Assembly (NCBI GenBank): GCA_000002445.1
Contig: CP000068.1
Coordinates: 128,001-192,000, forward strand
DNA length: 64,000 nt
Direction: 5' to 3'
Source: Trypanosoma brucei
Lineage: Eukaryota
The position numbers and the translations under genes are program-made. Positions 32,152 to 44,914 of the stretch are shown here, in pieces (position 1 is the first letter of the stretch; every line of letters starts with the position of its first letter). The notes beneath the pieces are model-generated. The model did not search any database. It worked only from the letters and a program-made list of their open reading frames with translations, and had not been told where the DNA came from.

Positions 32152-34089
32152 TATTTATTTTTGTATATAAGTTCACTCGTCTGACGTCCCTGCAAATGTG
32201 AATTTAGAGACTGGAAGGGGTGAAGGTAACCGCTCTATTTGGTTACACACTACCTATTTATTGTCAGTGGTGTTGGCGCTATTTTGCTCTCTTCCTTTTC
32301 TCCCTCTAATTATATTTCTACTCCCCGTACTTATTTATCTATTTGTGTTAATGCACACGGATTCCAGGGTAAAGTGCAGTGAAGGCACTAGCAACTGCTG
32401 CCACCATTATCATCACAAAGAAGAAAAAGAGGTCAAAAAAACAAAAAAAAACATCAAAAAGAATAGAGGAGGAAAGAAAGAAAAAGTGAAGTGCGTATTA
32501 AAAAAAAAGTTTTGCGCCGCACACGTGGAGGAGCCAATTAAGGTGTGATGAATATTTCGATTACAGTCCGTACTGAACAGCGGCAACGGACACAACATAA
32601 CGTTTTCAACCGCAGCCTATTGGCGGGAGTAGAGGTATACGGGACAAAAATAAGTGGAAAGGGGGAAAAGGGAAACAGAACGAGAATTCATGCTAACAAC
32701 TGACTACAAAGATATGGTACACGCATGTGTTACAAAAGGGGAGGCTAACAAACAGTAACCACCCGTACCACATACAACTTACACTACACGAATGGAAACA
32801 CAAAATGAAGTAAAAGAAAGTGAAAGCGACAATGAGGAGCCTCCCCACCCTCATGCGCATACACACCTATCTCCCCTGAATCACTTTGCTCCCAATTACG
32901 CGGCTGAACCACATCTCTTTGAAACACCTTCTGAGCACAACCTTCCATCCATGAGAACATACAAATTATATGCATATGTGCTCATCATCGGAAGCTGCAT
33001 TGCATCGGAAGGAGGAAATAGAAATAATAAAAATATCACCACCTATAATCATCATCTCTTTCCCCCTCCCTCAAACTCTTTCTCTGATCACGCAGTCAAC
33101 TGAGCAACTGACTCACGGGTACTTCAACTCACTACATGCTTTCACTTGTCCATATTTCCCTCATGCGAAACATTTCAACTTCGATATTCAATTCCCTTCG
33201 AAACGAAACGGCCACAGGAACAGAAACAGGAAAAAAAACGATAATGGTAACAATTATAATACCTCGTAATTTCACTCGCCTTCCTTGCATTTGATAAGCT
33301 CTACTTGACGTTTTTTTTTCCTTTTTTCCTTTTTTCCTCTTCTTTCTTGTTCCACAAACACACATACCCGTCCCCCACCCCTTAAGTTATTTTTTCATCT
33401 GTTCACACAGAGCCCCTTCACTTAACCGTGAACTAGTGAAAGGATGAGGAGAAGAATGAGGAAATACAACAGGAAAAAAAAAAAGAAAATAGATTTTGTG
33501 GCCGATAACACTCCACTCGTTTTAAGTCACCTAACGCCCAAACAAAAAACATATGCACGTGATTTCAAAAAGTGAAAATTTTTCTTGTTTTTTTTTGTGT
33601 GGGGAGGGGGGGAGGGGCCTCTCCCAACTCCAATCATTCCTTCAAACCGTCACCTTCAAAACTGTTTGAATGCGCCGTTTCGAAGCACCGGTGGTAATCG
33701 CGGTAGTAATAACAGAAGTGAAGAAACCCGAGTGATGAATCAGGGAAAAAAACAACAAAGGGACGAAAGTTTTTTTAAAAAAGAAAAAAAAACAAGAAGA
33801 AATGGCATCACACAAACATATGCGTATATTAACAAATATGCAAATGCGAAAAGCAATGCTGCTCTGTCTCCCTTTTTTGACTTAAAATATTCGCTAATAT
33901 TGCAACAATGATCCCCTCCCCTCCTCTTCATGTCGTACGTCAAATACTTCTCATTTCGGAACAAATACGCACCACACGACTGAAATTATCCCCTCACCAC
34001 CTGTGGTTACAATTCAATAACCATTCACCAATTATAAATGCTACCGTCCGCAAGTAACACCAAACCATCTGTACATTTTACCCTTCACA

Positions 34090-34473
34090 TCACTTCAATG
34101 CTTCAGGCCTTGCAATAAGCACCGTTTCGTAATGGCTGCGGCAATACAAATCCCAATAGAAAAGTCCCCACGTCCAACATCCCACCGCCAATGCTGCACA
34201 ATACAACGGCGTAATGGTCAACAAATTCACAAAATGTGGAATGGCAAATAACCCGCCGAGGTCGAGCTTGCGGACGAGTTCATAATTCATGAAAGCGGCT
34301 TCATTTCTTGCGCCCACTTCTGCGCCTTTAGCACTGGCCTCATATGCATGAGAAGAGCGAACATGCGCATGCATCGGTTGCATGGATGTTTTTGGTTCCG
34401 TCACTGCCGCAGATGAGAGACGTACCCGAGACGGAGCAGTTGCAGTGGCAAGTCGAATGATTGAGCGCCGCAT
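34090..34473 (-). CDS. Small hypothetical protein with mitochondrial-presequence-like N-terminus and one/two TM segments
   Basis: 127-aa ORF. Arg/Ser/Thr/Ala-rich N-terminus (MRRSIIRLATATAPSRVRLSSAAV). C-terminal hydrophobic stretch (LGGLFAIPHFVNLLTITPLYCAALAVGCWTWGLFYW). Isolated in a ~4.8-kb region that otherwise lacks ORFs. Confidence 0.4.
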   Translation of the reverse strand: MRRSIIRLATATAPSRVRLSSAAVTEPKTSMQPMHAHVRSSHAYEASAKGAEVGARNEAAFMNYELVRKLDLGGLFAIPHFVNLLTITPLYCAALAVGCWTWGLFYWDLYCRSHYETVLIARPEALK

Positions 34474-36932
34474 AATTTTGAAATGGGGCTTTTTGGTTAT
34501 TATATTTGATTTCTAAAACAAAAAAGTAAAAAAAATAAGAAAATAAATGAGTTTTCTGAGCTGATTTATAAGCTGTGATTTTACCAACTACTGCTTTCTT
34601 TGAAAGTTACTTCCTATGTATTCGACCTCCTTCCTGTTGAGGAAATGATACAGTAAGATTGATTTGACGTTGTTTTTCTTCTTTTAAAAATAAAAAAAAT
34701 AAAAACCAAAGCAAAGCGAAGAAGGAGGGGGAAAAAAAAAGCAACATAAACAAGGAATAAATAACAAAACAAAGAGGGAAAACAGGAAGAGAAAAGGATC
34801 AATGAAAGGAAGTTAAGAAATAATATAATATGTTAACTGTTGTGTGCACAGACGAGAATGGGAAAATACAAACAAACACTTCTATTTAAAAAATACACGC
34901 ATTGATATGCCCAATTTTGAACGTCATTCGGCGCACTGCAAATGAAATGAATAAATATACGCGCGACTGCATATAGAAACGCTCAAAGTGCTGCGCATAC
35001 CACACAAAAAAAACAAAATAAAATAAATTTACACGTTTGCGCTTCCCCTACAGAAGATATCGCACACGCCGCAAGAAAATGGAAGAGAGGTGCTTTTATA
35101 AAGTAACACGTAACTGCACTCTACGAGCGTAGTTGCTTGCTTATCATCCTAATCAATAAATAAATAAATGTATAAAATATATTTATGCTCATGTGGACAT
35201 ATATATATATATATATGTGTGTGTGTGAGAGAGAGTTTGCTTATGTTTTCTACTTTTCCATCTTTAAAGGGAAAAAAAAACTTTGCAATAGGGAACAGGA
35301 AGAACTTCAACTAACGCACCATAAACTTTCAAAAAAAAAGTGATAGAGAAAGAGAAAGAGGGAGAACAAAACGGAGAGGAGTGGGGGAGAAAAAAGAAAA
35401 CTAATAAAACTAACTATACGGGAATGAAAAAGAAAAAGAGGGAAGGAGGCACAAAAATTATACGAAATGAAGCAATAAATACAAAGCAAACATATGCGAG
35501 ACGTGATGAATCCCCAACATGTCATTCGCAATTGTGCAAATCACCAAAACAGAATAAGTGAATGGACGCAAGAAGAAAAAAGAAATGGAAGAGGAAATAG
35601 GTGCGCACTACGTTACATACGCTTCCGGCTGTGTGGTGTTTCTTTTTGCTTACCGACAGTACTGTAATCCATCGCATTATTCGGCTCTTTCATAAATTCT
35701 TCTCTCTTTATTTCTTTCTATTTCAATATATTTATTCATATACGTACATGTGTGCATGTGACTTGTTTTGGTTTGATTAGGTTTGGTTTGCATCACTCCC
35801 TTCATTATTTAATCATATTTTTATTATTTCCTCTCACATTGCATCCAAGAAGAAACACACACATACATTCCCCAACATCCATCTCTCTTTTTGATTCCTT
35901 TTCCATTCCCTCCTCTCATCCAAGTTAATTATTCGAAACGACCATTTTTTCGGTGTTAAATTTATCATCATCAATTTATATATATATATTTATATAAATA
36001 TAATTACCGGCAATCCGTCAACTCTAAACATAGCCTTATGTTACAAAAAAAGAAAAAAAAACACAAATTCTTCTTCTGCATTCCCCTGCCGTTTTGTTCG
36101 GTATCACTTGCCGCCTCTCCGTCTCTAACGGCACCGCACGCATTACACCTCAGTGAATATCAATATGCAAAACAGAGCTGCATGTTGGGCTTTATTTTCT
36201 TTTACGGAGGGACGGAAGATTTAAAAAAAACAAAAGAAAAAAAATGCAGGCACAGACACAAGCGCACATATTGTGCAAAAAAAAAAAAAAAGGACAAATT
36301 CCCACGCTGCTCAGCACCGTTCACACACGCGCATCACACGGTAACCCACAATCGTTGTAACTAGCAAAAATGATGATGATGATAATAATAATAATAATAC
36401 AGTGGCAATTGTACTGCCCATTACGACATGCTGCCGCTCGTCATTACTATTTCAAAGGTTTACATCCGCAACATTTTTTCCGTCAACAAAAGTAAAGAAA
36501 GGGACAGAAAGCATCAAGCGTGGTCTGCATCAACCCAACAGCACAATCTGAAGAAAGAAAAACAAAAAGACAGTCCGCCCAAAGAAAACGAAACACACTC
36601 GCATACGTGAAGACATGTACATACCTTCCAAACGGCGCAAATACGGACTAATTGATATAACAAAAATAATAATAATAATAACAATAATAATAATAAAAGG
36701 AAATTCGAGCCATTTAATCGCACAAAAGAAATTTGGAATTAGGTAACGAAACGTTGAAAACAGAACCTGCCGAGTCTTTGCCTAAACTTCCATGAAATAA
36801 TGAGAGCGCGGGAAGGGACCGAGATTAGAAGAACATGACAGGAAAAGAGGGCCGCTAAAAAAAAAAAAAGACTCCCGCATCCGCCTATGCAAAATCATGG
36901 TCCCCTCCCGCCGCGCACTACCTCCACTAATG

Positions 36933-38528
36933 CTACCTAAATCCGCTACTATTATTATTATTATCATCAGAGGTACTATCACTACTGCTATTGTTGTCAA
37001 CGCTATTGCTATCAACGGTACCACCAACACCTGAGCCCAAACTGCTATTCATAATGTTCGGGTCTGCGCCGACTGCTGGCACCTTCGCATCACCAACATT
37101 ACCACCACAACTATCGCTGACGGCACGGAATACAGAAAGTGCCTGAGCTGTAAATGCAGCGGGGTCACTAACCGGCAGCCCTGAACCTCCACCACCAAGC
37201 ACCACAGTATTGGACCGCCGCGCAAGCTCCCCAAACTTCTCAATATATTCCTCCGCCACCCGTAGCGCCACCGCGTCACGGAAACTTTGGGGATTTGGTG
37301 ATGCATTAAATGCATTGGCAACCGTCCCAACACTGCGACCGACCGCATCCGCCTTTAATGCCATCGCCGCCGCCTCCGCCTCTGCGCGAAGAACCGTGGC
37401 ATATTTTTGTGCCCGTGCAGCAAGTCGCTGCGCTCGCCGGAGTCCTCCCGCCCGATTAATCCCCGCCTGCGCCTCACCTTCACTCTGCAATATCAGTTGT
37501 CGCTTACGTCGTTCCGCATCGGCCTGCAGGTCCATAGAGCGCCGAACCAACTCACTGACAGTGATGTCGCGTATCTCATAGCGTTTGCATTCGATTCCCC
37601 AATCTGCTGCTTCACTCCGAAGCACCTCAACGATGTTCTTGTTGAGTGACGCCCTCTCGCGAAACAGAGTGTCAAGGTCAAGTCGTCCAATCTCGCTCCG
37701 CATTGTTGTCTGTGCTAGATTGAGCAAATTGTAAATGGGATTCTCAATGTTGTAGCTGGCCTTGCACGTGTCCACGATGCGAAGGAAGAGCACACCATCA
37801 ATCTCAACCATAACATTGTCACATGTGATGGCTGATTGGTTTGGTATCTCGATACCTTGCTCTTTTACGCTGTACGCGTACCGTATCTTATCCACAAACG
37901 GGATCACAAACCACCAACCGGGGTCTAATGTGCGGTGGTACCGCCCGAGACGCTCCACAACATATTGACGACCCTGTGGGACAATGTTCAAAATAGTGTT
38001 ACGCGGCACTCGCTCAATGAAAGAGGAGGGATGAACAGGGGAACGGAAGGGGCGGGACACAAACGGCAGTCGACCCGAACCAACAGGACCGCCACCACCA
38101 GCGCCACCACCAGCGTTCCCACCGCTACCTGCAGCAACGGCGTTGCTGTTATTGTCGATAGAATAGTTGGGATCACCACTTCCAGCATAATATCCGCCTC
38201 CCATGTAATTCGAGGCAGCACCGCCGTATGGAGACGGAGGCTGGGAGTAGTTGTAACCGCCTGCACCGGCACTACCGGAGTGGTACATTCTGAAGGTGCC
38301 ACCCAACGAAGTGGCACTAACCCCGCACCCGCTTGACACCGACACGCCACATCTGCGAAGTCCGCTACCGACGAGGCTGATGGCTCTCACACCAGCGGCG
38401 GTACAATCAAATGAAGCGGTGGTGCCTCGGGGAAGAGTAGGCGGTGGAGTGTAAACAATACATGTTGGGGCAACATGCGTGCCGGGGAGGGAAAGCGTTC
38501 GAGACGAGTGCACCAAACTACGTAACAT
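36933..38528 (-). CDS. Stomatin-like protein (SPFH/band-7 domain), probably mitochondrial SLP-2-type
   Basis: 531-aa ORF. The central SPFH domain (VPQGRQYVVERLGRYHRTLDPGWWFVIPFVDKIRYAYSVKEQ...DNVMVEIDGVLFLRIVD...WGIECKRYEIRDI) is followed by a coiled coil (AERRKRQLILQSEGEAQAGINRA). Long G/S/N-rich N- and C-terminal extensions. Confidence 0.75.
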   Translation of the reverse strand: MLRSLVHSSRTLSLPGTHVAPTCIVYTPPPTLPRGTTASFDCTAAGVRAISLVGSGLRRCGVSVSSGCGVSATSLGGTFRMYHSGSAGAGGYNYSQPPSPYGGAASNYMGGGYYAGSGDPNYSIDNNSNAVAAGSGGNAGGGAGGGGPVGSGRLPFVSRPFRSPVHPSSFIERVPRNTILNIVPQGRQYVVERLGRYHRTLDPGWWFVIPFVDKIRYAYSVKEQGIEIPNQSAITCDNVMVEIDGVLFLRIVDTCKASYNIENPIYNLLNLAQTTMRSEIGRLDLDTLFRERASLNKNIVEVLRSEAADWGIECKRYEIRDITVSELVRRSMDLQADAERRKRQLILQSEGEAQAGINRAGGLRRAQRLAARAQKYATVLRAEAEAAAMALKADAVGRSVGTVANAFNASPNPQSFRDAVALRVAEEYIEKFGELARRSNTVVLGGGGSGLPVSDPAAFTAQALSVFRAVSDSCGGNVGDAKVPAVGADPNIMNSSLGSGVGGTVDSNSVDNNSSSDSTSDDNNNNSSGFR

Positions 38529-39252
38529 AAATGAAAGGATAACGGTGCGATACGTATATCTCTTTTACAAAGAGAAAAAAAAAAGAAACAAATAAAACAA
38601 AACAAAGGAGAGCACTATGGGGAGAAGGGTGATGAGGAAAGGAACAGTATGATATATGCATAGCAACAATAGCACCAACAACCGGAAATTATTTGAGGGA
38701 AAAGGGACGAGGCGTATGCACGCAATTATGTCGGGGGTTTTACCAAGATTTACTCCCAATGTTTGTTTTAATCCCGTTGTGAGGTGTGAGCGTAGATATC
38801 CGTCTATACGAATAGGTAAAAAAAAAAGTGGAAAGAAGGTGAAAATAGGGGGAAACGCTAGTAGATCAACATTAGGGAGAACTTAGAGGAAATAAGCAGA
38901 CCCGTTTGGCGACAACACCAGCATCAGAGTCCCTGCAAATTCATGACAGTAGTTGTCGTGACAACAGGTATAAAATATTTAACAATGTGTCCAAGCAAAG
39001 ACTGAACAGAACGGTTATGGAAGGAAAACAAAAAAGCAAATACAAAAACAAATAGCACGAAAGAGGTCACAGATGTATCAGTCGAGTTGAAAGTATGCCG
39101 TGGCCTCCAGTTATGTGGAAGAAACTCTCCAAGGGGTGACATAATAGGGCGTAACAAGAGTTTGCATACTTTCTTTTCAAATAAACACACACGCATACGT
39201 GCATGTATGCACTATACAAGCGCTGTTGACGACGCTAACATTACAAATTACA

Positions 39253-41238
39253 TCAGACGCTAGTTTTGTTGTTGTTGCTGCCCCCGTCACCGTCGCCGTT
39301 ATTTCCGCCTGCGCTGTTCCCGCTGCTACCGGTGTCGTTATTGTTAGCTCCCTTACCTGAGAGAACGGACTCGTAACCGCGACCCACAATCAGCAGCTCC
39401 CTCAATCGCGTGACAGCAACCGCCCGCTCTCGATCCGTTAAAACATGTTCATAATGCGCGGGATGCACTGGCACACCCGAATCACCACATCCCCCCATGT
39501 CCCCATTGCCCTCACATGCAGATGCGGCTGCGGCCAGACTCTGTTCCTTATGTAGTTCCCGTATGGTTGAAGCCACCGTGCCGTCAGCAATTTCCCTCTC
39601 CCGTACCTCGTGGAGCATTACTAAATGATGTAGTAGCATAGATCTCCCAACGGCATCCAGCACGTAATTAGGAGTGAGACCCAACCGTTCCGCTTCCTCG
39701 TTGCGTCCTGACGGGGGTATGGGCGGCATGCACAAGAGCCGGAAGAAGTGCTCCCAGAAAGCACCACCAACGTAGAACCTGTAGTACCGTAGTGCGAATG
39801 GAAGGCAGAGACTCCGCATAGGATCCTCAGTAAGGTCTCCATGTTGTTGCGCCGCTTGAGCCCGCGAAACAGTTGCCGTCACCTCCTTTGCGAAAACGGT
39901 ATGTGCTATACACTCCGTGATGTATGCAACAGTTTCTGCATCCGCAACACTGCTATAACTACAACTGCCGCTGTTGACGCCATTAGGACAGTTAAGAGAA
40001 CCACCATTGTCGCAGCGGCATGCCTCCACTACACGTTTTAACAGTAACGGCCTGTCATGGGCAAACGTCTCAGCCAGCGGGAAGGGTTCATACCGCTTGA
40101 GTAGTGAACGGTAGTAAATCACCTCCATATCATTTAGTGCTGCCCAGGAGGCAGCAGAGGTGTACAGTCGAAGTCGATCCTGCTGGAGCTGCCGGAACTG
40201 TTCTTCCTTCTGTCCTTCATCTCGATTTGGCTGCTGTTTCGTATCGTCGCTGTTATGGTTGGTACGCGTGTTGCTCTTTGGTGCCAGCAGAGCAGCTAAG
40301 TTCAACAGTGAAGACACCGCCCGCTCATCCTCCCGCATGTTTACCAGCAATGACGCCCTCCATAAGTACAACGACACGATCTCCTCCCGCAGTGCAGCCT
40401 CTTCTAACAGAGGATTCACTCCACCTCCTCCCACAGCGCTTTCACTACCGTACTTCAATGCGGCGGGGCTCACCTCGCAAGCTTCACCACCTGCACTATA
40501 AGAGTAATAGCCACTATCACCACCTCCTCCTCCATTGAAACCAACATGACAGCCAATGCTCGTGGCGCTAGCATCACTGTACTGATGTTGAAGTTGAAAA
40601 GCGCTGCTCAATACGCGACCACCTGCCGCCAAACGAATCTCTGCATCAACTAACTGCTGAATTCCGTGAACAGCCGCCGCCAACCTCTCCTCGCGAGCTA
40701 GTTTAATCAACCCCCGAATTTTCGGTGTAGGGGCATCATCGACTTCATAAGCGAGACGTACTGCAAGCACCTCCGCGCCTTTGGTTATCGGCCGCATGGC
40801 AAAGCAACGGGGGAAACGGCACACGCTACTACCCTTTATAGTCATGCTGAGCATGGAAGCCGCATCACTGGTGCCGGATGTTGTGGTGGAAGTGGGGCCC
40901 ATCTTAGAATTATCAGATACATGGCCGCCGCTTGTGGCCATGTGCGGTCCATCACTCGGCTCAATCCTTTCACAGCAACAGCAGCGCCCGCTGGCACCAC
41001 ACCGATACTGCAGATCAAAAACGGTGTGGCGAATGCCCATCTCCCGATGCAGTGCTTCCGCCTCACTGCTCGCGGGACCGACCGAACCGAACAAACGCCG
41101 ATGCACCACCTGCCGCAACTCTGCTGTAGTTGGAGCCTGTGGGAAGCTTTTGATTAAATCACTGCAGTCGACCTCGGCACGGGGTAATTGCCGCTTCGAC
41201 TTCCATGCGCCCATGACGTGCGAAAAGAACGTCCTCAT
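39253..41238 (-). CDS. Hypothetical protein (661 aa)
   Basis: Long uninterrupted ORF on the cluster strand with complex, non-repetitive composition. No family recognised by eye. Confidence 0.5.
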   Translation of the reverse strand: MRTFFSHVMGAWKSKRQLPRAEVDCSDLIKSFPQAPTTAELRQVVHRRLFGSVGPASSEAEALHREMGIRHTVFDLQYRCGASGRCCCCERIEPSDGPHMATSGGHVSDNSKMGPTSTTTSGTSDAASMLSMTIKGSSVCRFPRCFAMRPITKGAEVLAVRLAYEVDDAPTPKIRGLIKLAREERLAAAVHGIQQLVDAEIRLAAGGRVLSSAFQLQHQYSDASATSIGCHVGFNGGGGGDSGYYSYSAGGEACEVSPAALKYGSESAVGGGGVNPLLEEAALREEIVSLYLWRASLLVNMREDERAVSSLLNLAALLAPKSNTRTNHNSDDTKQQPNRDEGQKEEQFRQLQQDRLRLYTSAASWAALNDMEVIYYRSLLKRYEPFPLAETFAHDRPLLLKRVVEACRCDNGGSLNCPNGVNSGSCSYSSVADAETVAYITECIAHTVFAKEVTATVSRAQAAQQHGDLTEDPMRSLCLPFALRYYRFYVGGAFWEHFFRLLCMPPIPPSGRNEEAERLGLTPNYVLDAVGRSMLLHHLVMLHEVREREIADGTVASTIRELHKEQSLAAAASACEGNGDMGGCGDSGVPVHPAHYEHVLTDRERAVAVTRLRELLIVGRGYESVLSGKGANNNDTGSSGNSAGGNNGDGDGGSNNNKTSV

Positions 41239-42898
41239 TTCCTCCGGTTGAATTTGCGGGACAAGTCACTTACAGCCGTGCGCTGCGGTGTTATCCCTTG
41301 CGTTTTGTGTCCCTTCCCCTCGCTGGAGGTGCAGTACGCACTATTTTTCTTTTTTTCCTTAGACTTCTTCTTCCCTTTATCGTCAGCACACTTCCGCTTG
41401 GCCCTGTCAGGTAACGACTCCCTTCCCCTTATTTTGTTTTCTCCGTTTGGGTGGAAAATGAGTGGGGATGTTTCTTTCGTTGTATGTTTAGAGAGAAAGG
41501 CCCGAATGTTTCCGTCGGGGCACAAAAAGAGATATAACAGTAGACGAGGCAGATGCAAGTGATAGTACAGGCCTCTGGTATGCAAACAAAAATGGCTAAG
41601 CATATGCATCTGTGTAGCTTTAAATACACAATGATGTGTTTACGCACAACAGTAGCAGCCATCCTTCTTGTGTGGATAGTAGCGCGGCAAATCCGAAAGC
41701 GGAGCAAATCACAAACGGAAGGGACTGGTGACAAGTACCAAAATAAAAAGGTAGCACGTGCGTTATTTGCACCGTAAGAGGATGACAAGAAAGCGGAGGG
41801 AAGGACATCCTGTGCGTGTGAAGTTGCACCCAATAGCGAATAGAAGCGAAGCAAAAAGGAAGGAAGAGGAAGAAAAAAAAAAGTCAAATGTGTGACACAA
41901 AACGGAACATCTCCCGGTGAGTTCAAATTCCATCGGGCCTTCCCTGCGCCCTCAGGAATAAGCAGGGGCATTTGAGCCATTATCCTAAATATCTCTTGGT
42001 GTCGAGGCACATCATCTCCCTCTGAACCCTTCAATTCCTTCATCTTGTTTTATCAGACGTGGCGCAAGGGAGGAAAAACACCACAGAATCAGTTCGGAGA
42101 TAGTTTGACTCATGAAGGTAAACAAATGATTCCCAACAAAATGGGTTTCACTCCCAACCCCGACCTGTTACACATGTAAAGGAGGTTTAAAAAATAAATC
42201 TCTCGTCCTCTCCCCCCCCCCTGAGGATACGACGGCTCATGCGACCCCACCTCGTGAAAGCACACGTTACCTTGTTTTTACTTTCTGATTTCCCGTTCTC
42301 TCTCTTCGTTTGTTTGAGCTTTCCCCCCCCCTCCGCTTGCCCTGTTACTCCTCAACCCACTCTTCAAATCCCAATGGAACCTTTTCTCTCTTCACACTTG
42401 AAATTGATGCAGCTAATTGACGGCAGGCCACATATCCTCCTCATTTCAGTTAAGCTCCCCAAACTCCCAACTTAAGTCTTCCTTCCTTCCTTCCTTTTCT
42501 CCTTTCTGCTGCCCCCCTCCCGCTACACCTCCCGTGCGAACATATGAACCCCCACTTCAAACACCGTTAACACGGACAGACACTCAGCAACGGCGATCAT
42601 CATAGTAAAGATGGTAATGAAGAAGAACCTTTAAAAGTGACACCAAACCGATACAAAAGAGCAAGAAAAAAAACAGGCACTCACCAAGAATTCAAAGCAC
42701 GTTGGAGTGGGGTCACAACACCAAACTAATTCAACGCTCACACAACAGTTTGCCTCATGCATTTAGGGAGTCATTTAACCTCAAAGGAAAAGAAGGAAAT
42801 CACAGCAACCCCCCTGCAGATGACACAAGTGTTTAGTTTGGCATTTCACTCATCCATCAGTCACCACCACGTCTTTTCTCACAGTCCCACAACATTTA

Positions 42899-42920
42899 CA
42901 TATATATATATATATATATA
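42899..42920. repeat. (TA)n microsatellite
   Basis: Read directly. Confidence 0.85.
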
Positions 42921-43220
42921 CCGGCACACCGCAGACATTATCGGCAGGGCCAATAAACGAGATAATGCAGATGTGCAACAATAACAATAACAGCACGAAT
43001 GAATGAATGAATGAAGCGGAAGGGAACGAAAGTAAAGCTAAAGGCCAAGCAAGAAGGCAAGGAAACAGCGCTGGTGTGGATGATGCTCAGAAGCCGTGGG
43101 AGCCTCAACCTCAACAATAATAGTGCGAAAGAAATTATGCACGCACGTATGTGCACATAAGCGCAACCGCACGGAGGAAAGATCAAAAAAAAAAAAAGGA
43201 GATTCGTCTCCGCGGCCTGC

Positions 43221-44372
43221 TTAAAATATGCTCACGTACTCATCTACGCGGTGCATCATCCCCTGTGCGATGCAGTCGGCAATCCAGTGCAAATTACTAA
43301 CCTCAAGCTCCTTCAGTTTGGCCCACGCGTAGAAAACACCATATTGAAACTGTCGACTGAGAGCATCTCTATACAAGGCCACAGTCACCTCCACAAACCG
43401 CCGTTCCAACGAAGAGGCACCTGCCGCAGAAGCTCCAGTTTGGCCAGATGCAGCGCCACTAACGGCATTATTGCCCCTGTTGTTGTTACCCCCCTTAGCA
43501 GAAGAAGAGGAAGTAGAGTTGTACCGGCTGTCATCAAGCAGTTCATGCATGAGTCCAAAACGCCGGACTCGCTCGCGAAGCTGCTCCACGCTCTCAGCCT
43601 CCGCGATATCGTCGTGGATGTCGACCAGTGACCCAAAACTCGGGAACAGCCGCCGCCTGTCAGTTGCATGGATGTCGGGAACGCCCATTGTGTTCACAGT
43701 ACTCCTTAGCACTGTCAGGTCTGCTTCAAGCTCCAGTAGTGGACACATTACTTCCGCAGTTGCGCCACCCAGTTCACAACAGAGATCGTAGAACTGTTCA
43801 TAGTAGTTCTTCATTAGCATGCCCTGGATGTACTCCACAGACAGCTCATCCAGATCACTCTCCAGGCCACCGTTGGCGTTGAAGAAACGACCGACTGGAC
43901 TGTCAATCAGAACCACCTCAAACATTTCACGCACGTCAGCCGCAGCGGTTAAACTGGCAAGTTCAGGGAACCAGCCGAGAGGATGGCAGCGGGTCAACAA
44001 CTGCATGCCGTCACGCCCACTGCGCTTTGCGATGATGAGCTTCAGCACGTTTGCGATCATGTGTTCGTACGTGATGAAATCGAGGAAGTGGGATAGCGGT
44101 GGCGCCGCCCAAGACCTTAGCTCACGCAACTGTTTCGCATAATGTTCCTGTGCACGCTCGACAATAACTCGGGCGCTCAACTGTGCCTGCCCATCATGCT
44201 GCAGGAAATTACCATAATCTGTGACCTGCAACTGTGACTTCATGTCACCCAGTGAGTCACACTGGACCAAACTGGCGTATTCTTCTGGACGGAGAAACCC
44301 GTCCTTGTAGCCGTGGACAATGGCCTCGAGGGAACCATCATACACGTTGAAGTTCAGAATTCCTCGCCCCAT
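43221..44372 (-). CDS. Vacuolar ATP synthase V0 subunit d (AC39/Vma6 homolog) with low-complexity insertion
   Basis: 383-aa ORF. N-terminus MGRGILNFNVYDGSLEAIVHGYKDGFLRPEEY matches the subunit-d start (FNxDxGYLEgxvRG...). Conserved C-terminal region ...YGVFYAWAKLKELEVSNLHWIADCIAQ. A ~35-aa S/N/G/A-rich insert (STSSSSAKGGNNNRGNNAVSGAASGQTGASAAGASS) is atypical for this protein. Confidence 0.75.
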   Translation of the reverse strand: MGRGILNFNVYDGSLEAIVHGYKDGFLRPEEYASLVQCDSLGDMKSQLQVTDYGNFLQHDGQAQLSARVIVERAQEHYAKQLRELRSWAAPPLSHFLDFITYEHMIANVLKLIIAKRSGRDGMQLLTRCHPLGWFPELASLTAAADVREMFEVVLIDSPVGRFFNANGGLESDLDELSVEYIQGMLMKNYYEQFYDLCCELGGATAEVMCPLLELEADLTVLRSTVNTMGVPDIHATDRRRLFPSFGSLVDIHDDIAEAESVEQLRERVRRFGLMHELLDDSRYNSTSSSSAKGGNNNRGNNAVSGAASGQTGASAAGASSLERRFVEVTVALYRDALSRQFQYGVFYAWAKLKELEVSNLHWIADCIAQGMMHRVDEYVSIF

Positions 44373-44914
44373 TATAATAATATAGTGTAGCTACTGACGT
44401 ACCTGCCTCTTTTCGCTAGTTTTCCTCCAGGGGCACTGACACAGTATTAAAGAAGAAAGCAGCTACAAACAGAACGCTCAGATCGATGTCGTTTCCAACT
44501 CCTACCAGCCTTCTTCGAACCTCCTTTCCCGTACCTGTCTAGAGTGTTAACGGAACCTTCTCCACCCACGTCACCCAATACTAAATAAAAGCAACTCTGT
44601 CTGTGTATCACCTGTTCTCTACCCTTTATTTGCGTATTCCTTCCCTTTAACAGCAACACAAGCGAACAAGTCAAGCGATGGGGGGAAAAAGCAACAATAA
44701 CAACAATAAGCGAAAGTAGGAAAGCAAATGCATAAGTGCGTGCGCCCGTTGCTTCGTTATGAGAGGTATGTCATTTGTCGCTGTTGTGACGGTGGTGATT
44801 AAATAAAGAGCTCCCTTACCGGGCGAATTTAAATACGAACGCGTTAAGGTGTGTGCACACACTCTCGCAAGCCGCACCCGCACAAGAACAGTGCACGTTT
44901 AATTAAGCAAGCAT

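Noticed and set aside
41429-42043. 204-aa minus-strand ORF between two cluster genes
   Set aside because: Only the first ~45 residues look protein-like. The remainder is Phe/Leu/Cys-rich low complexity read through a T-rich intergenic tract. Possibly a short real ORF, but unsupported.
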